64,000 bases of DNA, taken from assembly GCF_036321535.1 (NCBI RefSeq), contig NC_087446.1, forward strand, positions 39,990,001-40,054,000, read 5' to 3'. The notes beneath the pieces were generated by a model. It made no database searches, was not told where the DNA came from, and was given only the letters and a program-made list of their open reading frames with translations. A program made the translations under genes and the position numbers. Position 1 is the stretch's first letter. Each line of letters starts with the position of its first letter. This stretch comes from Camelus dromedarius (Eukaryota). Positions 50,064-61,740 of this stretch are shown one piece after another.

Positions 50064-50198
50064 CAGGCCCGTGGCATACAGTTGGCCAGGTTGTGCACCG
50101 CACAACTCCAGAGGATGCCAATCACAGTGTAGTTTTTTGTGAATGACACCTCTAGGATTGTGCAGTGTGCAAGCTGCACAACCAAAATGGTGGCCCTG
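50064..50198. mobile_element. MER91-like palindromic hAT-Tip100 MITE
   Basis: caggccc...ggttgtgcaccgcacaactccagagg / cctctaggattgtgcagtgtgcaagc...ggccctg; self-complementary arms. Confidence 0.7.
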
Positions 50199-50274
50199 GG
50201 AATCTGGCTGTTTTCAGCTGTTTACTCATAGGACGGCTTAGGGGGGTGTACACCATCCCGTCAGCTCTGGGTTG

Positions 50275-50900
50275 GGCAGCTGGCTCTCTGCTTTCCATCT
50301 GTGTGACCTAGGACAATTTCCTTAACACTTCTGTGCCTTAGTTTTCTCATATATAGAATGGGGAACGGTAGCATTGTCTTTCTCCAAATATTGGTGTGAC
50401 AATTACGTGAGTTCATCCATGTACAGTGATTGGGACAATCATGGCCCATAGCAAAGGCCTCATGAATGTTGGCTGCTCATGTTTGCTGTTGTTTTTATAG
50501 CCTGCACAACTTCACTTCCCATCGTCCCTTTCACTAGTCATCACCTTCCAGCTCAAGTGACTTTCCCCATACGGTCTTCCTCTTGCCTACCTCGGTACCT
50601 CTGCTCACGTTATTTGCCTCAGGAATGCCATCCATTTATTTTACTATGTCCAAATTCTACTTTCAAGGTCTAGCTCGGCGCAGCCTCTTCTGTGAAGCCA
50701 TCCCTGATCTCTCCTCCCCTGTTCTAATCTCTCTTAGCACATAGCTTGTGTCTCCCTGACATCACAGCTATGCCACCTGTCTGATGCCTCCCCCACTAGG
50801 CTCTGAGCCGGCTGAAGGCATGACCAGTTGATCTGGCCACACCTCTTAGTCCCCACGGTGCCTTTGCCTAGGGCTTGGCACATAGCAGATCTTTAATAAG
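50275..50900 (+). mobile_element. MIR (50275-50465) followed by L2 3' end (50520-50900)
   Basis: gtgtgacctaggacaatttccttaacacttctgtgccttagttttctc; cctcttctgtgaagccatccctgatc...gggcttggcacatagcagatctttaataa. Confidence 0.7.
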
Positions 50901-51059
50901 TGGTTTGTATTTTTAATGAAATTAATAGATTGACATCCTCCTAATGGTAACAGGAGGAGCAGGACACAGGTTGTGTGATGGGTGCAACCATGTATCTTCC
51001 TCCTTTTTGTTTTAAAGTATAGACAGCTACCATTTATTTGACCTCACTTTATTTTTCTT

Positions 51060-51535
51060 TTATTTTTTTAAGTTTCTTTTTAATTTTTTCAAGTGTTCAA
51101 TTCAGTTGTTTTCAGTATAGCACAGAGTTGTTCAGTCCTCACTAGCTCATTCTAGACCTTTTTTGTAACCTCAGGAAGAAACCGCATACTCATTAGCAGT
51201 CAGTTTTCATCATCCCCTCCCCCCAGCCTCTGGCGACTGCTAATCTACTTTGGTCTCTCTGGATCTTCCTTTTCTTTACATTTCATATATGTGGAATNNN
51301 NNNNNNNNNNNNNNNNNNNNNNNNNNNNNNNNNNNNNNNNNNNNNNNNNNNNNNNNNNNNNNNNNNNNNNNNNNNNNNNNNNNNNNNNNNNNNNNNNNNN
51401 NNNNNNNNNNNNNNNNNNNNNNNNNNNNNNNACCTTTTGGTTATCCATTCATTAATTGAGGGACATCTGGGTTGTTTCCACTTTTTGGCGATTGTGAATA
51501 ATACCACTGTGAATATTCACATACTGGTTTCTTGT
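51060..51535 (-). mobile_element. L1MA/MB-like 3' end with N gap at 51298-51431
   Basis: ORF 51283-51507 LFTIAKKWKQPRCPSINEWI (ORF2 terminus); ggcgactgctaatctactttggtctctctggatc. Confidence 0.85.
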
Positions 51536-52519
51536 GCCCTTTTCTCTTTTCATACTGCCCCTGACACCACTACACAGTCAGGAGAACAGTTTGAAAGGGA
51601 TTTTTGCAGTGAGTGGTGAGTAGCAGAAAGTTTTGATTTGAGATAGCCTTCCAAGTGTCAGGCTCTGTGCTGGGTACAAGCTATCAGCTGTCTCCTTTCA
51701 TCTTCACAAAGCTCTGTGAGATTCTCAGAGAGGCCAAGTGCCACAATTAAGGAGATAATCAGTGTGCAGGATGCAAACCTGCACATCTGTGACTTCTGTG
51801 TTTGTGCCACTGTCTGGCCGTGGCTGCCTCAGTGAAGTGAGTGAATCCACTTCTTCCCAAAGAACTCATGCCTTACCAGCCTGGCCCCAGACAATCACAG
51901 ATGAGGGTGCTCTTCTCCCCTGTTTTTCCTCGGCCACCCTAGCCAGCATCCGGGTCTCTTAGGCCCAGGCCACCTAAAGCCCAACATTCAGGCTGCAGAT
52001 GCCTCAGGAAGGTAAGGATTGACGTGGGGTGGAAGAAACCAAGTGTCTGTCCCAGCAGGAGTGCCAGCTGTGACCCAGCAAGTAGTGAAGATGCTGGACT
52101 TTGCTGTCCAGAGCTCTGGGCAAAGAGGGCCCACCACGCTCAGCAGACATCCAGGTGACAAGTTTATATGGTCCAACCTTCTGAAGACAGACAAGGGCTA
52201 CAGAGACTTCTGCTGGGTGTGGGGCACTGGTGGTGGTTGTACCTAAGATGTAGAGAAACAGCCCTGAACTCCCCACCAGCAAGCCCCAGGAGAGGCTGGA
52301 CCTGGATGCTGAGATGGCCTGTTCTGAGGGGCTGCATTGGGGTAGGGGTGGGACATCCCCAAAGAGGCCAGCCATGAATGGACTGGGACAGAACAGATCT
52401 TAGGATGACCATGAGAAAGTAGTCACCTGAGCGCCTACAATGAACCAGGGCAGTGTTTTTCAAGCTCCAATTATTTGAACACTAAGCCATGATTTTTGTT
52501 GCATCTGTGGTACAAGAGG

Positions 52520-52850
52520 CAGTATAGCCTGATGGTTAGGAATCAGGCTCCCTGGGTCACCCACTTATGATCTGCTGCCTTGGGCAAGGTACTTAATCTC
52601 TCTGAGCTTCAGTTTCCTTCTCTGTACAACTGGGCTGATAGTAGAGCCTGGCAGTAGTGTTGTCATGATTTAATTCATGCAAAGCATTTGGCACAGTACC
52701 CAGCCCACTGTAAGTGCTGATTATTACTTAAGCAGTATGATCCTAGCACTTTATTTCAGTTTCCACATCTGTTAAATGGGAATAATGATAAGAGTAACCT
52801 ATTGAGCCATTGTCAGGAATGAATAGGAAGTAATCATTAAATGATCTAAA
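52520..52850 (+). mobile_element. Tandem MIR fragments
   Basis: cttgggcaaggtacttaatctctctgagcttcagtttccttctctgtac; cagtttccacatctgttaaatgggaataatgata. Confidence 0.75.
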
Positions 52851-53424
52851 CGGTCGCTATTTGTATTTACTTGTATTTTTCTTTAAATCTATGCACATCT
52901 TCTCCTATGTTTTGCCTCATTCTTTCTTGAAGGCAGCCCCCATCTGAGCAGTGGGGGCAGGTGGGTGGTCATTGCTGGCCCCATGGCCCCTGTCCTGCCA
53001 GTCAGTGGTATGGGAGCCACGGAACAGCAGACACTTGGAAATCCACGAGTCCGGCCTGGACTGAGCAAGGATGGCCATCTGACCCACCAGCTCAAGCTGG
53101 GAGGGGAAGCCAGTCCCTGGGGGGCTGTGCTGTAAACCTACACAGACCTGGCACAGATGCTGGCCGAGGAAGCCCTCCCTGCCTGGAGTGGGTGGAATTG
53201 GCGTCCTCTGTTTCCCCGCCCTCCCAGGGCCGGTCATCCACATGTCCTGAGGGGACTGAGCTGGGCAATTAGAGATCCAAGTGCAGGTCTCTGCTCTGCT
53301 CCTGACCAGCTCCCTGACTTGGGCGTGATGCTCTCACTTCTGTCTGTTTGGTGTCCCCATCTGTAAATGAGGGCGTGGTCCAGGTGACCTTGGAAACTCT
53401 CTTCTTTCTCTGCTGGTTTGTTTG

Positions 53425-53690
53425 AGGGGCAGCCTCGGACAGTGGTTAAGTGGTGTGAGGTTGCACATACTCCTGGGTTCTATTCTGTCTGTGCCATGTC
53501 TCAGCTGTGGGACAAGTTACTTCACTTCTCTAAGTATGTCTCCTTGTCTGTAAAATGGGTTGGTGGTGGGGTTGTGATAGTACCTGTCCCAAGAGGTTGT
53601 TGTGATGATTGTGAGTTCACACACACACACACACACACAGGGTGCTTGAAATGGTGCCTGGCACCAGCAGTGCTCCACAAAAGGTTACTT
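53425..53690 (+). mobile_element. MIR SINE containing a (CA)n microsatellite at about 53618-53639
   Basis: tctcagctgtgggacaagttacttcacttctctaag...ctgtaaaatggg. Confidence 0.7.
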
Positions 53691-53844
53691 ACCAGGCTGC
53701 TCCTTCAAGTTGCCCTGGTTTTCCTACTGGAAGAGTTAGTCCCACCATCCGAGGCCTTAGAGTCTGGTTACTATTAAGCTGTAGGTCAACTCAGCATGCC
53801 AAGGTGGTCTCATGCCATCCAAGGTCCCTGTTTACCAATTATTC

Positions 53845-54020
53845 CTTCAGTTACTTGTTCATGGCTGCTCAGTGAACACCTGTGATGTGCCAGGTCCTGT
53901 TCTAGGAACTGGAGATGTGTTACTGACCAAAATAGGCAGAAATTCCTGACCCTATGGAGCTGTTCCCCTACAATCTAGTGGGGAAGACAGACATCCAACA
54001 AATAAGTGGAATATAAGCGG
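53845..54020 (-). mobile_element. L2 fragment
   Basis: gaacacctgtgatgtgccaggtcctgttctaggaactggagat...gacagacatccaacaaataa. Confidence 0.7.
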
Positions 54021-54179
54021 GAGTCTTTGGAAAAACCATAGGTGACTTTCTGACTCCCACCACCTCCATCCCTGGTTGAGACTCATTGATCTAGAAAGCT
54101 GTATTCCTGTATTTCTCTGGGAGTTCTGAGCTATCCTTCTCCAGACTAGGCCTCCTCTCCGTTATTGCCCCTAACCTTG

Positions 54180-54480
54180 GGCTCTGCAGTCGGACAGGCC
54201 TGGGCTTTGAGTCCTGGTTCTGCCACTCCCTGGCTGCTTGATCTTCCATTCTTGCTTCCTTATCTTTAGAATAACATTGCCCACATCCTAAGACTGTTGT
54301 GAGGATTAAAAGGGTTAATACATGTAACCATTTTGAACAGTGTTTATCCCTGTATGACCTTGGTAAGTTACTTTTTGAGCCTCAGTTGGCTGTCTGTAAA
54401 ATGGGTGTATAATAGTACCTAAGCATGGAAGGCTTAGATATGATAATGTATGTAAAATACTTGACTTAGCACAGAATGGT
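54180..54480 (+). mobile_element. Two tandem MIR fragments
   Basis: tttgagtcctggttctgccactccctggctg; tgtatgaccttggtaagttactttttgagcctcag. Confidence 0.7.
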
Positions 54481-54497
54481 TGCTCTTTCTCCTCTCC

Positions 54498-54955
54498 TGT
54501 ATTGATTAATTATTACTGCATAGCAAATTACTGTGAAATGGGTTAGCTTAAAACAACAACTATTTATAATTGTTTATATATCTGGGCTGCTGTGTGTTAA
54601 GGCACAGATCCAGCAGGACGTGGCTCCTCACTGAGGTTTGGGCTCAGATCCGCTCCACATGTGTTCCATCTTGGGACCTGTCTCACAGAACAGTAGCTAC
54701 CCAGGGGCTAGGCTTCTCATCGCAATGCAGAGGTACAAAAGGGCAAACATGCAAGGCCTCTTAAGGCTTAGACTGGGACAATACTGTCTCTTCTCCCCAT
54801 TCTGTAAGTAAAAGCAATCATTGGTCCAACACAATGTCAAGAAGGTAGAGAAATAGACTCCTGACATTTAGTGCAAGAAACTACAGTCACATGGCAGGGG
54901 TTCGTGAGTAGAGCCAGGAGTAGAGTCTCAGGGACATTACTGGGATCTGCTGGGC
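54498..54955 (-). mobile_element. MLT1G/H-like solo LTR
   Basis: tgtattgattaattattactgcatagcaaatt...gcttaaaacaacaactattt...aaactacagtcacatggcagggg. Confidence 0.65.
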
Positions 54956-55764
54956 CTCCCAAGAACCCCCAGCAGAGTGTAACAACTGCCAGTGGGGGCA
55001 GTAATTAGGGGAGTCCTTCAAAAATATATTTCAACCTTGAGGACACTTGCCCTGAAAATCTCACTGGGTTGCTGCTCCAGAATATTACTCCCATGTTGCC
55101 CCCAGATTGCCTGGGCTTGGAGTATGGGATTTTCTTCCCAGGAATATTGTGCAAAGGTGGAGGATGGGTGCAGGGAGGCTGGTTGCAAAGCCCTGGAATG
55201 CCTCCCCCTGACCCTCTCCCCATCAAACCTGTCTTTGCCATGGAATAAATAAAACTGTCAGCTGGAAAAATGAGGGGCCAGCCGACCAAATATGATAAAC
55301 TGTCTCTTGCTGTGTATTGTACTCTCCACAATAAGACCCCATGCGGATGCTAAAAATGTATGCAGCTTTGTGAGGAGACAAGCGTGCTCCTTGTGGCCGA
55401 GATTTTCTGAGAAAGGTAATTTCACTGCAACGCACAAAAAGGGAAGAAATGCAAAGAGCGGTAATTTGGAAATTGTCCATCAGGTGCTTTATAAAAATTG
55501 ATATTGTTGGTTATTTTTCCTTTATTAAAACTGAGAGTCCTGCCGACTGCTGTCGTATCCTTATCTAGCTCATTTGACAGGCATGTTGACATTTCTAATT
55601 TGCACATTTGAAGATTGTCAGGAAATGGTTTCAACACTCTGCAGGGTTGGGAGCTCTTGGACTTTTAGTGAGCAGGGCTCCCTTCTGGGACGACGGTAGC
55701 GGGCAGGGGAGGAGAGCAGGGCTGGACTTAGGAAGACTTGGGTCTAACATTGAGCCCTTAGTGC

Positions 55765-56120
55765 CAGACACTGTTCTAAGTGTTCTACAGATATGTTTTA
55801 TTTTATTTTACATTAAACCTGTAGTTTCCATTTTGCTGATGAGGGCAGTGAGGCACTGTAGGGTTAAACTAACTTGCCCCAGATCACTTAGCAACTAGGT
55901 TGCAGAGCTGACATTGAAACCAGGCACTCTGGTCATTTCACTGCCTAAGCCTCAGTTTTCTTCTCTGTGCAGACATTCATACCTACCTCGTGGGTGCATT
56001 ACTTGCATTAAATGCCATAATACGTGTAAGGCAGCTAGTACAGTGCCTGGTGGTCCTTAAACATTGCCTTAGCGAATGTGGGATCTTTACTCAGTAGATT
56101 ACCTCAATAAACGTTAGCAT
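55765..56120. mobile_element. Two MIRs in opposite orientation (about 55765-55930 minus, about 55940-56120 plus)
   Basis: ccattttgctgatgagggcagtgaggcac...aacttgccccagatcac; ctaagcctcagttttcttctctgtgc. Confidence 0.7.
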
Positions 56121-56664
56121 CCCCTTCTTTCTTACTTTCCTTCATAGCCTCCAAATGGCAAGCTGTGATACCGTGGTGAGTCTTGTTACCCGTCTGGTCC
56201 TAAGTTTGCCCATCCATAGGAGGACTATTGGCCTCTGAGCCACCATCCCTGATTCTGTGGCCCATCAGCTCGAGGGGCCTATGGAACCATACAGATTTAA
56301 GGCCTGTGGCTACCCCTAACTTCATCCCTCGGCCCTGCAGGACTGACCAGTAGTGCCCAGTGGTGTGTGTTTTAACTTCACTGATGAGTAGATAGCCTAG
56401 TTTTTCATCTTCTGAGCTCCATCTATCCCTCCTCAGCTGGTGGTGCTGGGGGCTGAGAGCAAGTCCCCTTGTGGCCTGTAGCCCTGGGAGCCACAGAGCA
56501 ATGACTTGCTTTGTGCTGGAAGGGTTTGCACCTGCTTCAAGGATGCCAGGGCCCAAGCAAACCCTGACTTATCAGGAGAGACGAGCATCTTCAGTGTCTT
56601 TTGGGAACTGTGGACCTTATTACAACACTTGACAATGTTTAGAGGGTAGTCCTCTGTTACTCTA

Positions 56665-56900
56665 CTTTACTGCCACCATCAATAGCACATATTTATTGTG
56701 CTCTTAGTGGATGCCAAGCACTCTAGTAACACTGTATACAACCCTTTATTGTATTCATGCAACAGCCTGTGCAGTGTGCATAATACACTTCTCTCCATTT
56801 TGTAGGTGAGGAAGCTGAGGTTTGGCAGGTTTAAGTTACAATGCTCCAGGCCACACAGCTCATGGTCTAAGCCTTGGCTCAGATGCCTGAGCCTGCACAC
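56665..56900 (-). mobile_element. MIR SINE
   Basis: ctctccattttgtaggtgaggaagctgaggtttggcagg. Confidence 0.75.
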
Positions 56901-57344
56901 TTACTGTTGGATGTTTTTCATCCAAGCAGGATGCATCAGTCTTGCAAGGTTGAAGGAGGCAGTGAAGGGTAGCCATTTGTGCTTATTGTCTTCCAAATAG
57001 TGATGCGTTCATGAAAATGCATTAACAGAGGAATGAGGAGATGTAGGAGATTTCAGCAGGGCCTCACAGATCCTTTTATTATTTTGCAAATGAGAAAACT
57101 GAGGACCAGAGCTGAGGGGCTGTACCAGGTGATACACAGATTAATGAAGACCCTTCCCTGACCATGCAGTCAAACTCGAAGCCTGGTCCCCTGCTCAGTA
57201 AGGGTGCTCTTGTTGGGGACAGCAGCGTGGGGTTGAGGTGGTTGGAAGGTCAGAAACCTGCATATTAGAAAAGCTCTGAGTTGAGGGACTTCACCTTCAC
57301 TTGGTGGCCTCCATCCTCCACCCTACCCTGAATTCTGATGCCTG

Positions 57345-57910
57345 AACTACCCAGGTGGATGGCCCCCAAACTCACAGGATCATCAGAGTCATCTGTAGGA
57401 CCTGTTAGAACTGCAGATTCCCAGGCCACAGCCCTAGAGCTTTAGCTGTGGTATGTCTGGGGTTGCAACCAGAGAATTGGAACTTCTTTCAAGTCCCTGC
57501 TGATTCTAACATTGGTCAAATTGGGAAGCTGCTGCCTTAGTCCAGCATCCCCCAAAGTGTGTTCTGTAGAACACTAGCTCAGTTCCATGGGGAAATGAAT
57601 AGGTGTATGTTAAAAAAAAAAAACTTCCAGGCAAGTTAGTTTAAAAACTGTTGAATTAGAGGAGTGATTCCCAACTGTGGCTGCACATTGGAACCACCCA
57701 GGAAGCTTTGATATCTCCCGTCTAAGCTGCACTCCTGAGTCCCTCTTTAGAGGCGGGATTCAGGCATGAGGATTTTATAGAACTCCCTGGTGTGCAACAA
57801 GGTTGAAAGCCACTAGGTTACACAAAGTTATATAGGCTTTTTTTTTTTTTTTAACTGCAGAACTTCTCAGGGCCTTTAATACACAGTGTGCATTGTGGAT
57901 CTCCAAAAAG
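57345..57910. mobile_element. hAT-Charlie cluster: MER5-like (57345-57535) and MER103-like (57540-57910) with nested MER5A (about 57662-57812)
   Basis: ttagaactgcagattcccaggccacagccc; gtgattcccaactgtggctgcacattggaaccaccca...ggttgaaagccact; actgcagaacttctcagggcctttaata. Confidence 0.6.
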
Positions 57911-58380
57911 GGAAATAAACAAATTATTTTCTCATCTGGTGATCAGGGATAGCAGGAGAGAAAAGAAGGTTTGCTGGGAAAGGAAGGATATGCTAAATAT
58001 GGAGAAAGTGTGCGTTGGTAAGAGGAGGTGATGGTAGGAATGGGAAATTTAGAGGCCAGCAGGATTTTTGAACTCAGATGAGCATGAATGATTTTTGTTA
58101 AGCTGTTTTGAGTAATGGGAATAATTTGGTAATTGGTAATAGTTCTAATACCCTTTAGGCTATATAGACAGCTTTTCTGTAAGCAATATGCACACTGTTA
58201 CCTGCATTATCTTGCTGGGGGCTCCAAGCACACTGTGTTGGTCATATGGACTGGGAAATTTGTTCTATTCTATAAGGAGTGATGCTTTACAAAATCAACC
58301 AGCTCCTATCATTCTCCCATTTAAAACTCTTTGAAGGCTCATCATCCCACTCCTCACTCTTTTTTACAAAGCCCTACATT

Positions 58381-58620
58381 AGTGATGTCTAAACTTTTTA
58401 AAATTATGTACCCCCACTAAAAAAATTTGAGTTTGTACCTTTATTATATGCATATTCATTTAGAAATAAAATTCACATACTACCAGCAAGAATATAGTGA
58501 AATTAATTGAGCTTAATTTCCTTCTTATTGTTTTAGATTCACAAATCAATGTAGTTAGAAGTTCCCATTTTTCCCTGCACCTTAGTCGATCATAGCATGC
58601 ATCCCAGTTTGGAGCCCCCA
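58381..58620. mobile_element. Probable hAT-Charlie MITE
   Basis: agtgatgtctaaactttt ... cccagtttggagcccc terminal-like ends around an AT-rich interior. Confidence 0.4.
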
Positions 58621-58666
58621 CATGATCTGATCCCTGCCTTTCTTCAGCATCACCTTTCACCATTCC

Positions 58667-59149
58667 TATTGGTAGAGAATAGTTTCTTGTCTGGTGCAGG
58701 AAAGAATTCAAGAGTGAGACATAGTAAAGTGAAAATAGGTTTATTCAGGGAGATACACACTCCATAGACAGAGTGCGGGCTCTCAGAAGGCAAGAAAGGT
58801 GGCCCTGAGGTTTGGGGGCAGTTAGTTTTTATGGGCTGGGTAATTGCATATGCTAACAAGTGGGAGGATTATTCCAAATGTTTTGGGGAAAGAGCTTGGA
58901 TTTCCAGGAATTGGGCCCTGCCCACCTTTTAGTCTTCTATGGTCAGCCTGGGAACTGTCAAGGCACCTGTGGGCATGTCATTTAGCATGCTAATGTATTA
59001 CACTGAGTGTATAATGAGTCTCAAGGTCTACCGAAAGTCCTATCTTCCACCATCTTGGGCCAAGTTGTCTCTAACCAGTTTCTGTCCTATCGCTAATTGC
59101 TGTGCCATTCTTTTAATGGTTGTACCCTGCCCTCTTCCCACCTGTCTCA
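58667..59149 (-). mobile_element. MER41-like ERV1 solo LTR, full length (483 bp), 4-bp TSD
   Basis: Sense strand tgagacagg...cattagcatgctaaatgacatgcccac...tgacagtt...aataatcctcccacttgttagcatat...ctatggag...aataaacctattttcactttac...ttgaattctttcctgc is collinear with MER41; TSD ttcc at 58663-58666 and 59150-59153. Confidence 0.85.
58902..58910. promoter_or_regulatory. GAS (STAT-binding) motif TTCCAGGAA inside the MER41-like LTR
   Basis: Exact TTCN3GAA match; degenerate partner TTCCCCAAA (LTR sense) at 58882-58890; binding not demonstrated. Confidence 0.5.
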
Positions 59150-59504
59150 TTCCTACTCCTTGCATACTATACTCCAGCCACATGGCTTCTATCTGAATTT
59201 CCAAAGGTGGCTCAACCCTTGGGCCTTTGCACTAGCTATTCCCTCTTCTTGGATTGCTTCTTCTCCTGTTTTTTGTGTAGCTGGCTTCTTCTTTTGCCTT
59301 GGATCCTATTTTCGATGTCACCTCCTCCAAGGGGCCCTTCATGGCCACTCCATCTAAAGCTGCAATCCATCCACTCTCTCTGCCACTACCCATTTTTATT
59401 CTCTGAGTAGCACTTATCACCATCTGGTATTTTTCTTGTTTGTTTGTTTGTGGTCTGCCTCCTTCTGCAGAGAGGAGCAGGGCCGGCCACAGGGTGAGAG
59501 CTCA

Positions 59505-59645
59505 GTAACTATTGGATGAACACACAAACTGAGACTCAGAGGTGAGAACACTTGTCTGGGCCATGCTGTCAGTCAATGGTGGAGCTAGGATTTGAACTCC
59601 AACCTATATGACCCCAAGTTCAAGGTTCTCTGCATCACACCAAGC
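59505..59645 (-). mobile_element. MIR SINE
   Basis: aaactgagactcagaggtgagaacacttg...ggagctaggatttgaactcc. Confidence 0.75.
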
Positions 59646-60523
59646 TACCTCTTGTCCTTTAGAGGCTGGCTGAGAAGTGTTTGAGACCAGATACTGACAG
59701 TTTGAATCTAAAATCTGTTATGATGTCAGATGACTATGGAATATGAAGAAGAAGAAGAAAATGACTGGCATTTTATGCTCTATTTCACGGCCAGCCAGTC
59801 ATGGGAGTCTGGAAAAATTCCGGAGTCTGAAATAATTCAGGCAGGCCCAGCTGCAAATTGGAAAAGTCTGTGGTCAGGAATCACAGTAGGTGAATGCAGC
59901 CTGAAGAAATGTTTGGCTCACATGTCATAACGAAGCCCAGAATGAGAGGAAAGGCACCAGGGTCGATGTGTTTGTTATAGTAAGAAGAAAGTCCCTCCAT
60001 CTTCCCTTCTGTTTCTTGTGCAGTTTTGAAGCGTGATGTCAAAAACTGACACCTTAGATAAAGAGGTATTGAATCTACTTCCTTCCTTCCTTTTCTTGGG
60101 CACCTGCAGGTTGAGAACCTGTAAGTAGATTCTGGAAATCCAACTGGCTGGCCCTTCCTGTACCCTGAAGGCACCACACCCATCCTTGAAGCCTGAGGAA
60201 GGAGAAAGGAGGGGAGGGAAACAGTGGAAAAGAAAATGAATGCCTGGCCCTTGACCTTTGGAGAAAAATGGTTCATTTTGATGCCTAGTTAGGTTTGTTT
60301 GTTCAGAAACCTGTCACCTCTCTGCATTACTTCTTTGTCTCCTTCCAGGAGTGACCTGCTCACATTTGAGCTGAAAAGCAGTTGGTTGCCTGGCTCAGGC
60401 AGGTGTTGCCATCTGATTTCGCTTTGTGGCCTATTCGTGCAAAGTCCGCTGTCCCCTTCTTCCTTGTCTCCTGAGCTCAGGAACCCTAATGATGAATGAT
60501 CAGACAGAATTAATAGTGTCAAA

Positions 60524-60798
60524 GTGGACATAGAAAACAAACTTATGCTTACCATAGGGGAAAGGAGGTAAGGGATAAATTAGGACTTTGTGATTAGCAG
60601 ATACAAACTACTATGTATAAAAAATAGATAAATAACAAGGATCTACTGTATCGCACAGGGAACTAGATTCAATATCTTGTAATAACCTATAATGAAAAAG
60701 AATATATATATATGTGTACATATATAATTGAATCACTATGCTGTACACCAGAAACAAACACAACATTGTAAATCAACTATACTTCAATTTTTTAAAAG
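60524..60798 (+). mobile_element. Artiodactyl L1 3' end with 9-bp TSD
   Basis: gacatagaaaacaaacttatgcttacc...aaatcaactatacttcaat; TSD agtgtcaaa at 60515-60523 and 60799-60807. Confidence 0.92.
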
Positions 60799-61030
60799 AG
60801 TGTCAAATTTGACATCTGAAAGCAAAGAAATGCAATTGATTTCTTTTTCCAGCCTGCATCTCCCTCCTCTCCATCTTGTCACCAAAACAATATTGGTTTT
60901 CTGCTGTAATGAAGTTTCCTCATTCATTCATTAATTCATTCATCCAAGTGTGGATCCGTTCATTCATGGTTAAAAGCACAGCATTTGGGGTCAAACGGAT
61001 CCACCTCTGCCACCCACTGCTCTTGTGATT

Positions 61031-61603
61031 TGCATTTGTGTCCAAGGGCTGCTGTAACACATTACTACAAGCTTGGTGCCTTAAAACCATGGAAATTTGG
61101 AGGGAGGATATAGCTCAGTGGTAGAGGGTATGCCGAGCGTGCACAGGGTCCTGGGTTCAATTCCCAGTACCTCTGTTTAAACAAACAAACAAACAAACAA
61201 ACAAACCTAAATTACCTACCGCCCCATAAAAATAAAAAGTAAAAAGTAGAAATTTATTCTCACAGTTCTACAGGCTTGACATCCAAAATCAAGCTGCTGT
61301 CACAGGGCAGTGCTCCCTCCAGAGACTCTAGGGGTGAATCCTTCCTCTCCTCTTCCAGCTTCTGGCAGCTGCAGGTGTTCCTTCGCTTGTAGCTGCATCT
61401 CTCCAAGCTCTTCTCTGTCTTCCCCTGGCCTCCTCCTCTCAGTCTTCTCATCTTCTGTCTTTTTTAAGGACTCTTGTCGTTGGATTTTGTGCCCTCCCAG
61501 AAAATCTAGAATGATCTTATCGCAAGATCTGTAGCTTATTTATATCTGCAAAGACTTTTTCCAAATAAGGTCACATGCTCAGTTCCCACCATTCAACCCG
61601 CTG
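61031..61603 (-). mobile_element. MLT1C/D-like solo LTR interrupted by a SINE
   Basis: gggctgctgtaacac...gaaattt|attctcacagttct...ctgcaaagactttttccaaataaggtcaca...attcaaccc. Confidence 0.8.
61099..61248 (+). mobile_element. tRNA-Ala-derived camelid SINE (Vic-1-like), long form, with (CAAA)n linker and 7-bp TSD
   Basis: gggaggatatagctcagtggtagag...ctgggttcaattcccagtacctc; TSD gaaattt at 61092-61098 and 61249-61255. Confidence 0.9.
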
Positions 61604-61604
61604 T

Positions 61605-61740
61605 TCAACCTTAGGCAGGTTATTAAACCTCTCTGAGCCTCAGTATCTTTAGCTGTGAAAATGGAGGTGTCCCTACTATATACCTCATAGGGACAATATG
61701 TGGAAAGCTTTTTCAGTGCCTATTCATAGCTCACGCAACC
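61605..61740 (+). mobile_element. MIR fragment
   Basis: accttaggcaggttattaaacctctctgagcctcagtatc. Confidence 0.7.

Larger units (their letters stand above)
58625..59470 (+). mobile_element. L2 3' region interrupted by an ERV1 LTR
   Basis: gggcctttgcactagctattccctcttcttgg...gcacttatcaccatctggtatt. Confidence 0.7.
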
